The notes under the pieces were generated by a model, which saw only the letters and a program-made list of their open reading frames with translations, was not told the DNA's origin and made no database searches. Of a stretch of DNA of 64,000 nt, positions 20,265 through 29,536 are shown piece after piece (within the stretch, counting starts at the first letter, position 1; each line of letters begins with the position of its first letter). The stretch is taken from NCBI GenBank assembly GCA_020439025.1, contig JAGQTO010000083.1:152-64151 (forward strand), read 5' to 3'. This DNA is from Mycobacterium sp. (GTDB lineage: Bacteria > Actinomycetota > Actinomycetes > Mycobacteriales > Mycobacteriaceae). The position numbers and the translations under genes are program-made.

Positions 20265-21350
20265 ATGACTCAGACGGTGCGCGGCGTCATCTCAAGGGCC
20301 AAGGGCCAACCCGTCGAACTGGTCGACATCGTCATCCCCGACCCCGGTCCGGGCGAGGTGGTCGTCGACGTGCAGGCGTGCGGCGTCTGCCACACCGACC
20401 TCACCTACCGCGAGGGCGGGATCAACGACGACTACCCGTTCCTGCTCGGCCATGAGGCCGCCGGTGTCGTCGAAGCGGTGGGAGAGGGCGTGACCGCGGT
20501 CGCGCCCGGAGATTTCGTCATCCTCAACTGGCGTGCGGTCTGCGGGCAGTGCCGGGCCTGCAAGCGCGGCCGGCCGTGGTACTGCTTCGCCACGTTCAAC
20601 GCCGGGCAGAAGATGACGCTCACCGACGGAACCGAACTGACCCCCGCGCTGGGCATCGGGGCGTTCGCCGACAAGACCCTGGTGCATGAGGGGCAGTGCA
20701 CCAAGGTCGATCCGGAAGCCGATCCCGCGGTGGCCGGACTGCTGGGCTGCGGGGTGATGGCCGGTATCGGCGCTGCGATCAACACCGGCGCGATCACCCG
20801 CGACGACACCGTCGCGGTCATCGGATGCGGAGGTGTGGGTGACGCCGCCATCGCCGGGGCGAACCTGGTCGGCGCGCGCCAGATCATCGCCGTCGACACC
20901 GATGACACCAAACTGCACTGGGCCCGCGAATTCGGCGCCACCCACACCATCAATGCCCGCGAACTCGACGTGGTCGAGACGATCCGGGATCTGACCGGCG
21001 GTGACGGTGCCGACGTGGTGATCGACGCCGTCGGCCGCCCGGAGACCTGGAAGCAGGCGTTCTACTCCCGCGACCTGGCCGGAACCGTGGTCCTAGTGGG
21101 TGTTCCGACTCCGGAGATGACGTTGGACATGCCGCTGGTGGACTTCTTCTCCCGTGGTGGATCGCTGAAGTCGTCCTGGTACGGCGACTGCCTGCCCGAG
21201 CGGGACTTCCCCACCCTGATCGCGCTGTACCGGCAGGGCCGGCTCCCGCTGGAGAAGTTCGTCTCCGAACGCATCGGTCTGGACGGGGTCGAGGACGCCT
21301 TCGCCAAGATGCACGCCGGTCAGGTGCTGCGCTCGGTGGTCGTGTGGTGA
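20265..21350 (+). CDS. mscR: S-(hydroxymethyl)mycothiol dehydrogenase / S-nitrosomycothiol reductase (AdhE2)
   Basis: [36 protein letters not shown]; followed by an MBL-fold gene as in Rv2259-Rv2260. Confidence 0.92.
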   Translation: MTQTVRGVISRAKGQPVELVDIVIPDPGPGEVVVDVQACGVCHTDLTYREGGINDDYPFLLGHEAAGVVEAVGEGVTAVAPGDFVILNWRAVCGQCRACKRGRPWYCFATFNAGQKMTLTDGTELTPALGIGAFADKTLVHEGQCTKVDPEADPAVAGLLGCGVMAGIGAAINTGAITRDDTVAVIGCGGVGDAAIAGANLVGARQIIAVDTDDTKLHWAREFGATHTINARELDVVETIRDLTGGDGADVVIDAVGRPETWKQAFYSRDLAGTVVLVGVPTPEMTLDMPLVDFFSRGGSLKSSWYGDCLPERDFPTLIALYRQGRLPLEKFVSERIGLDGVEDAFAKMHAGQVLRSVVVW

Positions 21351-21976
21351 GCACCGGCGGCATCCAGCGGGTGGTCACCCACGGCAGTTTCGACCTCGAC
21401 GGCGGTAGCTGGGAGGTCGACAACAACGTCTGGATCGTCGGCGACGACGCGGAGGTGATCGTCATCGACGCCGCCCACGACGCGCGGGCCATTGAGGACG
21501 CGGTGGCCGGTCGACACGTCGTCGCGGTGGTCTGCACCCACGGCCACAACGACCACATCGCCGTCGCCCCGCAACTGGGCGCAGACCTCGACGCGCCGGT
21601 CCTGCTGAACCCGGCCGACACGATGCTGTGGGAGATGACCCACGGCGACAAGGAATTCCGCCCGCTTCAGGATGGCCAGGTGCTCAGCGCCGGCGGCATC
21701 GAACTGCGTGCCATCGCCACCCCGGGCCACTCCCCCGGCTCCACCTGTCTGCACGCTCCGGCGTTGGGCGCGGTGTTCTCCGGGGACACCCTTTTTCAGG
21801 GCGGGCCCGGCGCCACCGGGCGGTCGTTCTCCGACTTCGGCACCATCCTGGCCTCGATCAAGGACAAACTCGGTGTTCTGCCGAGCGACACCGTCGTCTA
21901 CACCGGACACGGCGACACCACCCGGATCGGCGACGAGATCGTCCACTACGACGAGTGGGTGGCCCGGGGTCACTGA
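21347..21976 (+). CDS. MBL-fold metallo-hydrolase (Rv2260-like)
   Basis: [23 protein letters not shown]. Confidence 0.9.
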   Translation: MSTGGIQRVVTHGSFDLDGGSWEVDNNVWIVGDDAEVIVIDAAHDARAIEDAVAGRHVVAVVCTHGHNDHIAVAPQLGADLDAPVLLNPADTMLWEMTHGDKEFRPLQDGQVLSAGGIELRAIATPGHSPGSTCLHAPALGAVFSGDTLFQGGPGATGRSFSDFGTILASIKDKLGVLPSDTVVYTGHGDTTRIGDEIVHYDEWVARGH

Positions 21977-21982
21977 TCAGGG

Positions 21983-23149
21983 TCAGGGGGACGTCGCCGT
22001 GCTCCGTGGGTCGATGAGGATCTTCGCGTGGGTCTCGGGATCGCCGAGCGCCTCGAATGCCGCCGCCACCCCGCCCAGTCCCACCTTCCCGGTGACCAGG
22101 GCCGAGGTGTCGAGTTTCCCGTCGGCCAGCATGTGCAGACTGTCCCGGAACTCCAGCGGGGTGTAACCGAACACGAACCGCATGTCGATCTCCTTGCCGA
22201 TGGCCATCGCCGGGCGGAACCGGTCGGGGTTCATGCACACGCCGACGACGATCACCCGCGAGTTCAGCGGCGCGCCGGCGACGACGCCGTCGATCATCCC
22301 GGGCACCCCGACGCACTCGAAGATCACCGGCCGCTTCGGCCCGGCCGCCCCGAGCGCGTCGGCGGCACGGTAGACGTATTCCCAGCCCGGCAACTTGCGG
22401 AGCTTCTCCATCGAACCGATGGCCAGCTCGCCGAGCCCGGCGAACTCGGTCACCATCTTCTTGCCGCCCGCGGCGACGGCCGCACCGTACGGGGAGTTCT
22501 CGGTCGGGTCGACGACGATATCGGCACCGCACCGCGCGGCCAGAACCCGCCGTGCCGGGGACAGGTCGCTGGCGATGATGGTCCGGACGCCGGCGGCCTT
22601 GAGCTGGCAGATGACAGCCAACCCCACCGGCCCGCACCCGATGACGATCGCGGTGTCACGCTTGGTGATCTCGCTTCGCCGCACCGCGTGCAGCGCCACC
22701 GCCATCGGCTCGGTGAGCGCCGCGGTGTCCAGGGACAGTCCGTTGGGCACCGGGAAAGTCATGGACGCCTCGACCAGCACGCGCTCGGCATAGCCGCCCG
22801 GCGCCAGCGGCGAGAGCCCGGTCATTTGCACCCCGCCGTGGGCCCGCACCATCGGGAAGGACACCACCGGCGTTCCCACCGGCAGCCCCTTTGGCGTGCC
22901 GCTACCGCGTTCGGCCACCACGCCGGCGAACTCGTGCCCCATCACCGTCGGGGTATCACGGCGGATGCAGTCGTGGTAGCCGACCTCGTCGAGCACATCG
23001 GCCAGTTCGTCGCCGTGGTCCTTGGCGTGCAGATCCGAACCGCAGATGCCGCACGCCCGCACGTCCAGAACCAGCTGGCCCCGGCCCGGACTCGGATCGG
23101 GCAACTCGACCACCGACAAGGTTCCCTGCGCGCAGCTGACGGCCTTCAC
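21983..23149 (-). CDS. Zinc-binding (MDR) dehydrogenase
   Basis: CGICGSD, GHE, LTEPMAV, GCGPVG. Confidence 0.88.
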   Translation of the reverse strand: MKAVSCAQGTLSVVELPDPSPGRGQLVLDVRACGICGSDLHAKDHGDELADVLDEVGYHDCIRRDTPTVMGHEFAGVVAERGSGTPKGLPVGTPVVSFPMVRAHGGVQMTGLSPLAPGGYAERVLVEASMTFPVPNGLSLDTAALTEPMAVALHAVRRSEITKRDTAIVIGCGPVGLAVICQLKAAGVRTIIASDLSPARRVLAARCGADIVVDPTENSPYGAAVAAGGKKMVTEFAGLGELAIGSMEKLRKLPGWEYVYRAADALGAAGPKRPVIFECVGVPGMIDGVVAGAPLNSRVIVVGVCMNPDRFRPAMAIGKEIDMRFVFGYTPLEFRDSLHMLADGKLDTSALVTGKVGLGGVAAAFEALGDPETHAKILIDPRSTATSP

Positions 23150-23225
23150 CCTGCCGAGTATGCCCTGATCGGCACGACGGCCCGGCGGAGACTACCGTCG
23201 AGATCAAGAACCCGAGGAGGCCCGG

Positions 23226-23462
23226 ATGTCCGCAAGCGACTCAGACCACCGGCCCGGCGGCGCGGTCACCCGCTTCGCCCTCCGCTATTGGGCGGCCATC
23301 GCCCTGGTCACCCTTGCGGGGGTCTTCATCGGGCAGAACAGAGACCACCAGAGCGTTCATCTGCTGTGGATCACCGTGGAGTCGCCGATGTGGCTGCTGC
23401 TTGCGGCGATGTTGCTGGTCGGGGTGGCGGTCGGCCTGCTGTTGGGCCGGCAGAGGAGCTAG
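23226..23462 (+). CDS. Small membrane protein, LapA/DUF1049-like
   Basis: Two TM helices around FIGQN; gaggag RBS. Confidence 0.7.
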   Translation: MSASDSDHRPGGAVTRFALRYWAAIALVTLAGVFIGQNRDHQSVHLLWITVESPMWLLLAAMLLVGVAVGLLLGRQRS

Positions 23463-23466
23463 CACC

Positions 23467-24555
23467 GTGCTCGAGTCCAGCAACGTGGTGCGCCCCCAGC
23501 CGATGGAGAGCTCGACGTACTCCGCTTCCTCGCGCCTGCAGGCCGCCGGATTGAACTCGGCCACCAGACTTTTCGAGCAGGCGGCCGCGCAGGTGCCGAT
23601 ACCGTCGCCGCCGCAGCCCATCGCCATCGCCGACTACGGGGCGGCGAACGGATACAACTCCCTGCTGCCGATGGGCGCGGCGGTGGCCGTGCTGCGGGCG
23701 CGCACCCGGCCTGATCACGCGATCCTGGTGGCCCACACCGACCTGCCGGACAACGATTTCACGGCGTTGTTCACCACCCTCACCGAGGATCCGGACAGCT
23801 ATCTGACCAAGGACTCCGCAACCTTCCCGTCGGCGGTCGGACGATCCTTCTACCGGCAGATCCTCCCCTCGGAGAGCATCGCGCTGGGCTGGAGTTCCTG
23901 GGCCACTCACTGGCTGAGCCGGGTGCCCGCCCCTATCCCGGACCACATCCACATCTCGCACAGCGCCGAACCGAACGCCCGCCGCGCCTTCACCCAGCAG
24001 GCCGCCCTGGACTGGCAGGACTTCCTGGCCTTCCGCGGCCGCGAACTGGCCCCGGGCGGGCGGCTGGTGGTCTTGACCCTCGGGGTCGACGACACCGGGC
24101 TACCCGGGTTCGCCGGGGTGATGCAGGCCCTGCTCACCGCTCTTCAGGGTCTGGTCGAAGCCGGCACCGTGCATCCGGAGGAGGTCGCTCGGATGGCCAT
24201 TCCGACCGTGGGCCGCACCGAGGAGGAGTTCCGCGCCCCGTTCGCCCCGTCCGGCCGTTTCGAGGGATTGTCGGTGGAACGCCTGGAGACCTTCACCGCC
24301 GAGGACCGGTTCTGGGCGCGCTACCGCCACGACGGCGACGCCGCCGTTCTGGGCGCCTCCTGGGCCGGCTTCGCGCGAGCCGCGGTCTTCCCCACCCTGG
24401 CCACCGCGCTGGAAGGCGGCCCGCACAGCCCGCGAGCCGTCGACTTCGTCGACACCCTGGAGTCGGCGGTCGCCGCCCATCTGGCCTCGTCACCGCAGCA
24501 GATGGCGATTCCGCTGGCGGCGCTGGTCCTTCTCAAGCGCGACAGGTCCCGCTGA
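23467..24555 (+). CDS. SAM-dependent methyltransferase, SABATH (Methyltransf_7)-like
   Basis: IADYGAANGYNS, DLPDNDF, GRSFYRQILP...WSSWATHWLSRVP resemble plant carboxyl-methyltransferase motifs. Confidence 0.8.
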   Translation: MLESSNVVRPQPMESSTYSASSRLQAAGLNSATRLFEQAAAQVPIPSPPQPIAIADYGAANGYNSLLPMGAAVAVLRARTRPDHAILVAHTDLPDNDFTALFTTLTEDPDSYLTKDSATFPSAVGRSFYRQILPSESIALGWSSWATHWLSRVPAPIPDHIHISHSAEPNARRAFTQQAALDWQDFLAFRGRELAPGGRLVVLTLGVDDTGLPGFAGVMQALLTALQGLVEAGTVHPEEVARMAIPTVGRTEEEFRAPFAPSGRFEGLSVERLETFTAEDRFWARYRHDGDAAVLGASWAGFARAAVFPTLATALEGGPHSPRAVDFVDTLESAVAAHLASSPQQMAIPLAALVLLKRDRSR

Positions 24556-24583
24556 AACGGCCGGAGCGAATTCAGCGGCGAAT

Positions 24584-25594
24584 TCAGCCCTGCCCGCCGG
24601 CGCGCAGCTTGTACCGCCGCTCGGCGTAGATCAGGTCGTCGCGCCACAGCCGGGCGGCCGCGAAGCGCATCAACGGCCGGATCAACGGCGCGGCCCGCAG
24701 CGAATGCTGGAATCCGGTGCGATCGGATTGCGCGATCACCGCCTCGATCACCGCGGTGCGGGGCCGGCCGTCGGGGCCGGGCCCGATCGGGGTGGCGTGG
24801 GTCTCCACGACACTGCCCACCCCCTCTCCTTCGACGACGCGCATGACGATGGTCCGCGGTTCCGGGACGGTGAACTCCGCGATGACCGGCATGCCGACCC
24901 GGCCCAGGTGGAAGGTCACGGCGACCAGGAACACATCGGAGTCGTCGTCCGCGTCGAGCTCGGGCGCCCCGAGGACCTCCAGTTGCGCGAAGGAGTACGG
25001 GTGAAACCAGGCCCCGTGCCAGGGGTCAAGCCGGTTGGCGATGATGTCGCGCGGCTCGCAGACCCCTTCCAGGCGGGTGACCGCGGCCAGGCGTTGACCG
25101 ACCGGCCGCTTCGGCAGGACCGGGGCCTCCAGCGGCTCCTCGCCGCCGACCTTGTCCAGCCGCACCCACACCAGAACGCCGTCGTCGTGGGCGGGTAGCG
25201 GCTTCCAGCCGAAATCCCGACCGCCCTCCAGCCGCAGCCCGTGCCATGGGCAGATCAGTCCGCCGCAATCGACCTTCCCGGTGGCCAGGTCGGCCCCCAG
25301 GTGTGGGCAGGAGGCCGGCCCCACATGCAATCCACCCCCCTGGTCGCGCCATGCCACGATCTCCAGGCCCGCAACCTTCGCTCCGAACGGCCGGTCGGCG
25401 CGAACGTCGGTGCTGGCCGCGAACGGGTACCAGTTGCCGCTGGGGCGACGTAGCGCACGCTGCAGTGCCGCGTCGATGATCGCCGGCTCGGCCTGCTTGT
25501 AGGTCGGTTCCTGATCGGCCCAATCAATCTCCGGAATTACCTGCAGCGGCGAGTCTTTCGGGATCCGTTCGGCCAGCCGTGACCACAGGTTCAT
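24584..25594 (-). CDS. crtV: Rieske 2Fe-2S/DUF5914 protein of the carotenoid cluster
   Basis: CPHLG...CPWHG Rieske motif, DPWHGAWFH; last gene of the crt operon. Confidence 0.75.
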   Translation of the reverse strand: MNLWSRLAERIPKDSPLQVIPEIDWADQEPTYKQAEPAIIDAALQRALRRPSGNWYPFAASTDVRADRPFGAKVAGLEIVAWRDQGGGLHVGPASCPHLGADLATGKVDCGGLICPWHGLRLEGGRDFGWKPLPAHDDGVLVWVRLDKVGGEEPLEAPVLPKRPVGQRLAAVTRLEGVCEPRDIIANRLDPWHGAWFHPYSFAQLEVLGAPELDADDDSDVFLVAVTFHLGRVGMPVIAEFTVPEPRTIVMRVVEGEGVGSVVETHATPIGPGPDGRPRTAVIEAVIAQSDRTGFQHSLRAAPLIRPLMRFAAARLWRDDLIYAERRYKLRAGGQG

Positions 25595-27138
25595 CTCTCG
25601 CGCGCGCCTTTCTCCGCCAGCTTCCGCAGTACCGGGGACCGCCCCCGCACGGGAACTGTATAGAGCGTGTGCCCGGAGACACCCCAGTCGGCGAGCAGCC
25701 GGTTGGCGGCCGACCAGCCGGTGGTCGCCGCCCGCTCCATCAAGGCCACCGGCAGGTCGATGCGGATTCCATCACCGGCCAGCATGAGACCCGGAACGGG
25801 GGTATCCACGGTGGGCCGGCCGGCGAAGGACCCCGGGGAGAACAGCGGGCAGTCCTGCTTGTAGAGCATCCGCTCGGCCACGATGCCGGCTCGGGCGGTC
25901 TCCGGGTAGAGCTGGTGCAGTCGGGCCAGCATGCGCTCTCGCAGACTCTCCAGCGGGGCGTCGGCCGGCACCGAGTAGGAGTGCACCTCGACCACCGAAC
26001 CGCCGTGGGCGCGCGCCCAGTCGGCGGCCTCGCGCTCGTAGCTGCTCACGACGCTGATGTTGTCGACCGGTTCGAGCCCGCCGGTGCCGAGGAAGGCCGG
26101 GCGGTCACTGTGCACCGGGGCGTCCAGCCAGAGCCGCTGCACAAGGAACGGCGGCGCCACCTGCATGGCCGCCACCCGCTGCCGCCAGGACTCGTCGCCC
26201 AGGCCCGGCGAGGCGGCGACGATACCCTGCAGCCCCGCGACATCGGCCGCCAGCACCACGCCGTCGGCGTCGATCGAACGGCCGTCTTCGGCATGCACCC
26301 GCAGTCGCTTGGAACCGCCCACTTCGATCGACCCGACCGACACCCCGGTGTGGAACACGACCCCGCATCCGGTCAGGTAGTCCCCCAGCGGGTTCCACAG
26401 CGCGGTGTCGAAGTTCGACTCCGCCACGTCGAACACCAGGCCCTCGCTGGAGCCCAGGAAATAGATATGGAACATCGCCGCCAACTCGGCCGCCGACAAC
26501 CGCTCCGGCCGGGCAAAGAAGCTGCGCGCGAAAACCTCGAAGGCAAGGTGGCGGGCCGCCCGCGGAAAATTGATCTGGTCGAGGAACGTGCCGGCGTCAC
26601 GGTCGTCGAGACGCTCGTAGATACCCGGAACCGAGACCGACGCCAGCGGCGCCGCGGCGACCCCGTTGATACGAATCAGGTCACGGAACCGGAACGTCGG
26701 ACTGCGAAGCGCGAACACCAAGGCGTTCCACGGCGGACTTTGCGGCAGTCCGCGGAAGGTGTCCCGGCGGCCCTCGCCGTCGACGAGCGGATAGTCCTCG
26801 ACCGCGCGCAGCCGCCGCAGTTGCGGATCGGTGCGCCGCAACAACTCCCGCAGGTTGTAGTACTGCCGGAAGAAGGCGTGGAAACCGCGGTTGTTGGCCA
26901 CCTCGGTACCGGCCAGCGGGCCGTCCTGCAACGTCTCGGTCCAGCCGGCCACCCGCCCGCCGAGGCTCGGCTGGCGCTCGAGGACCTCCACGGTGACACC
27001 GCGTTCGGCGAGTCCGGCCGCGGCCGCCAGTCCGGCGATCCCGGCCCCGACGACAACGACATGCGGTACGGCCGGCAACGCCCCGGCGTGGGGCAGCCCG
27101 GACGGACCGGGGTGGATGACCCGACGGGGATCTTTCAT
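25591..27138 (-). CDS. crtU: Isorenieratene synthase (beta-carotene desaturase/methylase)
   Basis: GAGIAGL FAD motif, RGFHAFFRQYYN, ALMERAATTG; crt context; ATG 27138 overlaps the upstream stop. Confidence 0.85.
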   Translation of the reverse strand: MKDPRRVIHPGPSGLPHAGALPAVPHVVVVGAGIAGLAAAAGLAERGVTVEVLERQPSLGGRVAGWTETLQDGPLAGTEVANNRGFHAFFRQYYNLRELLRRTDPQLRRLRAVEDYPLVDGEGRRDTFRGLPQSPPWNALVFALRSPTFRFRDLIRINGVAAAPLASVSVPGIYERLDDRDAGTFLDQINFPRAARHLAFEVFARSFFARPERLSAAELAAMFHIYFLGSSEGLVFDVAESNFDTALWNPLGDYLTGCGVVFHTGVSVGSIEVGGSKRLRVHAEDGRSIDADGVVLAADVAGLQGIVAASPGLGDESWRQRVAAMQVAPPFLVQRLWLDAPVHSDRPAFLGTGGLEPVDNISVVSSYEREAADWARAHGGSVVEVHSYSVPADAPLESLRERMLARLHQLYPETARAGIVAERMLYKQDCPLFSPGSFAGRPTVDTPVPGLMLAGDGIRIDLPVALMERAATTGWSAANRLLADWGVSGHTLYTVPVRGRSPVLRKLAEKGARER

Positions 27139-27878
27139 CCCTGACCTTTCAATCGTGGGGCGTCTGCCAGGAAGGTGTGCACGATATCGCGCTGCCAGCC
27201 CGGCATGGTCTCGCTGTGCACGCCGGCGAAACCCGCGCCGACCATGCGGCGCTGGAAGTCCGCGGCGCCGTCGAAACTGTTCACGCTGCGCCACAGGTGG
27301 CGGTAGAGAGTGCCGTCACCAGTCTTGCGGCGGCCCGCGGGAATGATGATCCCCCAGCAGACGGCGTTCCAGATCGCTTGGGCTGCTTTGGAATCGCGCA
27401 CCGAGTACTCATGAACCGCCAGCGTCGCTCCGGGACGGAGAAGTTCGCGGAATCGGCGCAGTTGCGCGTCCGGGTCGGCCAGGTTGCGCAGCAGATAGGC
27501 GGCCAGGATGCCGTCAAAGGGGCCTTCGACCCCGGCCTCGGCGAGTGCCTCGATCGGGGTGTGCACGAACCGCACCGTGTCCGGCCAGGATTTGGCCGCC
27601 GCCTGCTCCAGCATTCCGGCCGAGGCGTCCACCGCGATGATCTCGGCGTGCGGGGCGGCCTCGAGCAGTGCCGCGGTCGACGCGCCCGTCCCGCAACCGG
27701 CGTCGAGCAGGCGCAATCCCCGCCCGCCGCCGGGAATCCGCATCCGGCGCGCCGAAATCCGGAGGTGGTCGTGGTAGCCGGGATTAGCCCCGACCAGCCG
27801 GTCGTAGGCCGCCGCGCCGAAGTCGAAGGCTTCCGGGACATCGGCCCGGCGCAGGCCTGATTTGGGCATGCCACTCAT
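27135..27878 (-). CDS. crtT: Class I SAM methyltransferase of the carotenoid cluster
   Basis: LLDAGCGTG, VDASAGML; located between crtY and crtU. Confidence 0.75.
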   Translation of the reverse strand: MSGMPKSGLRRADVPEAFDFGAAAYDRLVGANPGYHDHLRISARRMRIPGGGRGLRLLDAGCGTGASTAALLEAAPHAEIIAVDASAGMLEQAAAKSWPDTVRFVHTPIEALAEAGVEGPFDGILAAYLLRNLADPDAQLRRFRELLRPGATLAVHEYSVRDSKAAQAIWNAVCWGIIIPAGRRKTGDGTLYRHLWRSVNSFDGAADFQRRMVGAGFAGVHSETMPGWQRDIVHTFLADAPRLKGQG

Positions 27879-28204
27879 CGCTTGCTCCCATTCTGCCGGG
27901 GCTGGCCCTGCTTGACCCAGAGCAGCAGCACGGCGGTCACCAGCGACCAGCCGAAAAGGAAGTCCTCCACCGGGATGTCCCACGGGAAGCGCAGACCGGA
28001 GTGGTGCCTCTCGTTGTAGAGCACGATCGGGGCGGACAGCTTGGTCAGCCAGCCGTCCACGAGAACCTGGAAGCCCAGCACGATCGCCATCGAAATCCAA
28101 TAGGCCGGCTTGCGGAACAGCCCGGTTCGCAGCACCTTCGACTCCAGCACGCACACCACGATCACCGACAGCACCGCCGGCAGCGTGTACCCCAATCCGG
28201 TCAC
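27875..28204 (-). CDS. crtYd: Heterodimeric lycopene cyclase subunit
   Basis: DGWLTKL...YN...DIPVEDFLFG; about 110 aa, hydrophobic. Confidence 0.8.
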   Translation of the reverse strand: MTGLGYTLPAVLSVIVVCVLESKVLRTGLFRKPAYWISMAIVLGFQVLVDGWLTKLSAPIVLYNERHHSGLRFPWDIPVEDFLFGWSLVTAVLLLWVKQGQPRQNGSKR

Positions 28205-28548
28205 CGGCGGCTCCGTTGGGCCGCCTTGTCCCGCAGCTGCCGCAGCCGGCGAAGGCTCGCACTGACCGTCGTGTAGGTCAGCAGCCCGCAGATCGGGATC
28301 ACGATGAAGAACAGGAACTCCTCCAGTGGCATGAACGGCACGTTGATACCGCTGACGTAGCGCGGATTGTAGTGCCAGACGTCGGCGACGATGGCGATCG
28401 CGTCCCACACCAGGAACACCGCCAGGACCGGCGCCAGGGACCGGAACAATCGGCGCGGCTGCCGGTAGACACCGCCGCCGAGGAACTCCAACGGCAGGGT
28501 GATCAGCAGGCAGCCCCCGAGGAGCAGCAGGTATTGCCACTTGTCCAT
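28201..28548 (-). CDS. crtYc: Heterodimeric lycopene cyclase subunit
   Basis: MDKWQYLLLL, WDAIAI, PLEEFLFFIVIP. Confidence 0.82.
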   Translation of the reverse strand: MDKWQYLLLLGGCLLITLPLEFLGGGVYRQPRRLFRSLAPVLAVFLVWDAIAIVADVWHYNPRYVSGINVPFMPLEEFLFFIVIPICGLLTYTTVSASLRRLRQLRDKAAQRSRR

Positions 28549-28606
28549 CAACAAACCATCAGACCACGGCTCAGCATCGGACCGCGACTCAGCATCTGAA
28601 CGGTGT

Positions 28607-29536
28607 TCAGGCGGCGGCGGCACGGCGGGCCCGCCGTGCCCGGACCAGTCCGCCGGTGAACACCTGCAGTCGACGGCCCATCCCCACCGACGCACGTTCG
28701 CTGAACACCGCGAAGTCCATCTCCTCGATGCGGTCGAGGATCTCCGAGTACAGGGTGAATGCCGCGGTGACGCACGGCCGGGATTGGGGCGCCAGCAATG
28801 CGATGCCCTTGTGCGCCTCCCGGTAGATGGCCCGGGTGATCGCGTGCTGCGAGACCAGCGCCTGACGGACCCGGGGATCGGTGCGCGCGTTGCGCTGACA
28901 CCACAGCAGAAGGTCGCGGTCCACCCCGAACGCGGCCAACTCGTCGGCCGGCAGGTAGACGCGGTTGCGCTGCAGGTCCTCGTTGATATCCCGCAGGAAG
29001 TTGGTCAGCTGGAAGGCCCGGCCCAGCGCCTCTGCCGCGGGCTCGGCGTCGCGCAGCGGCCCCACGGTGCCCAGGATCGGCAGCATCTGCAGGCCGATCA
29101 CCTCCGCCGATCCGCGCATGTAGGCGTTGAGCGCGGCCCGGTCCGGGTAGTCCGTCACGGTCAGGTCCATCCGCATCGAGGCCAGGAACTCGTCGAACAG
29201 GCCCAGCGGGATCTGGTAGGTGCGGGCGGTGTGCAGGACCGCGGGCAGCACCGGCTCGCTGGCTTCATCGCCGTCGGTGAATTTCGATGCCAGCCGTTCG
29301 AGCCGCTCCGCCCGTTCGTCGACGGTCGCGTCGGACTGCAGGTCGTCGAGGATGTCGTCGGCGTAGCGGGCGAATCCGTACAACGCATGCACCGCCGGCC
29401 GTTGCGAAGGGGTCAGCAGCCGGGTGGCCAGGAAGTACGTGCGGCCGTGCTCGGCGTTGAGCCGACGGCAGTAACGGTAGGACTCGCGCAGGCGTTCGTC
29501 GGAGATCCCGGCGGCCTGCAGTTCGGTGTTGATCAT
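28607..29536 (-). CDS. crtB: Phytoene synthase
   Basis: HGRTYFLA, YGFARYADDILDD, AFQLTNFLRD, RVYLP. Confidence 0.93.
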   Translation of the reverse strand: MINTELQAAGISDERLRESYRYCRRLNAEHGRTYFLATRLLTPSQRPAVHALYGFARYADDILDDLQSDATVDERAERLERLASKFTDGDEASEPVLPAVLHTARTYQIPLGLFDEFLASMRMDLTVTDYPDRAALNAYMRGSAEVIGLQMLPILGTVGPLRDAEPAAEALGRAFQLTNFLRDINEDLQRNRVYLPADELAAFGVDRDLLLWCQRNARTDPRVRQALVSQHAITRAIYREAHKGIALLAPQSRPCVTAAFTLYSEILDRIEEMDFAVFSERASVGMGRRLQVFTGGLVRARRARRAAAA

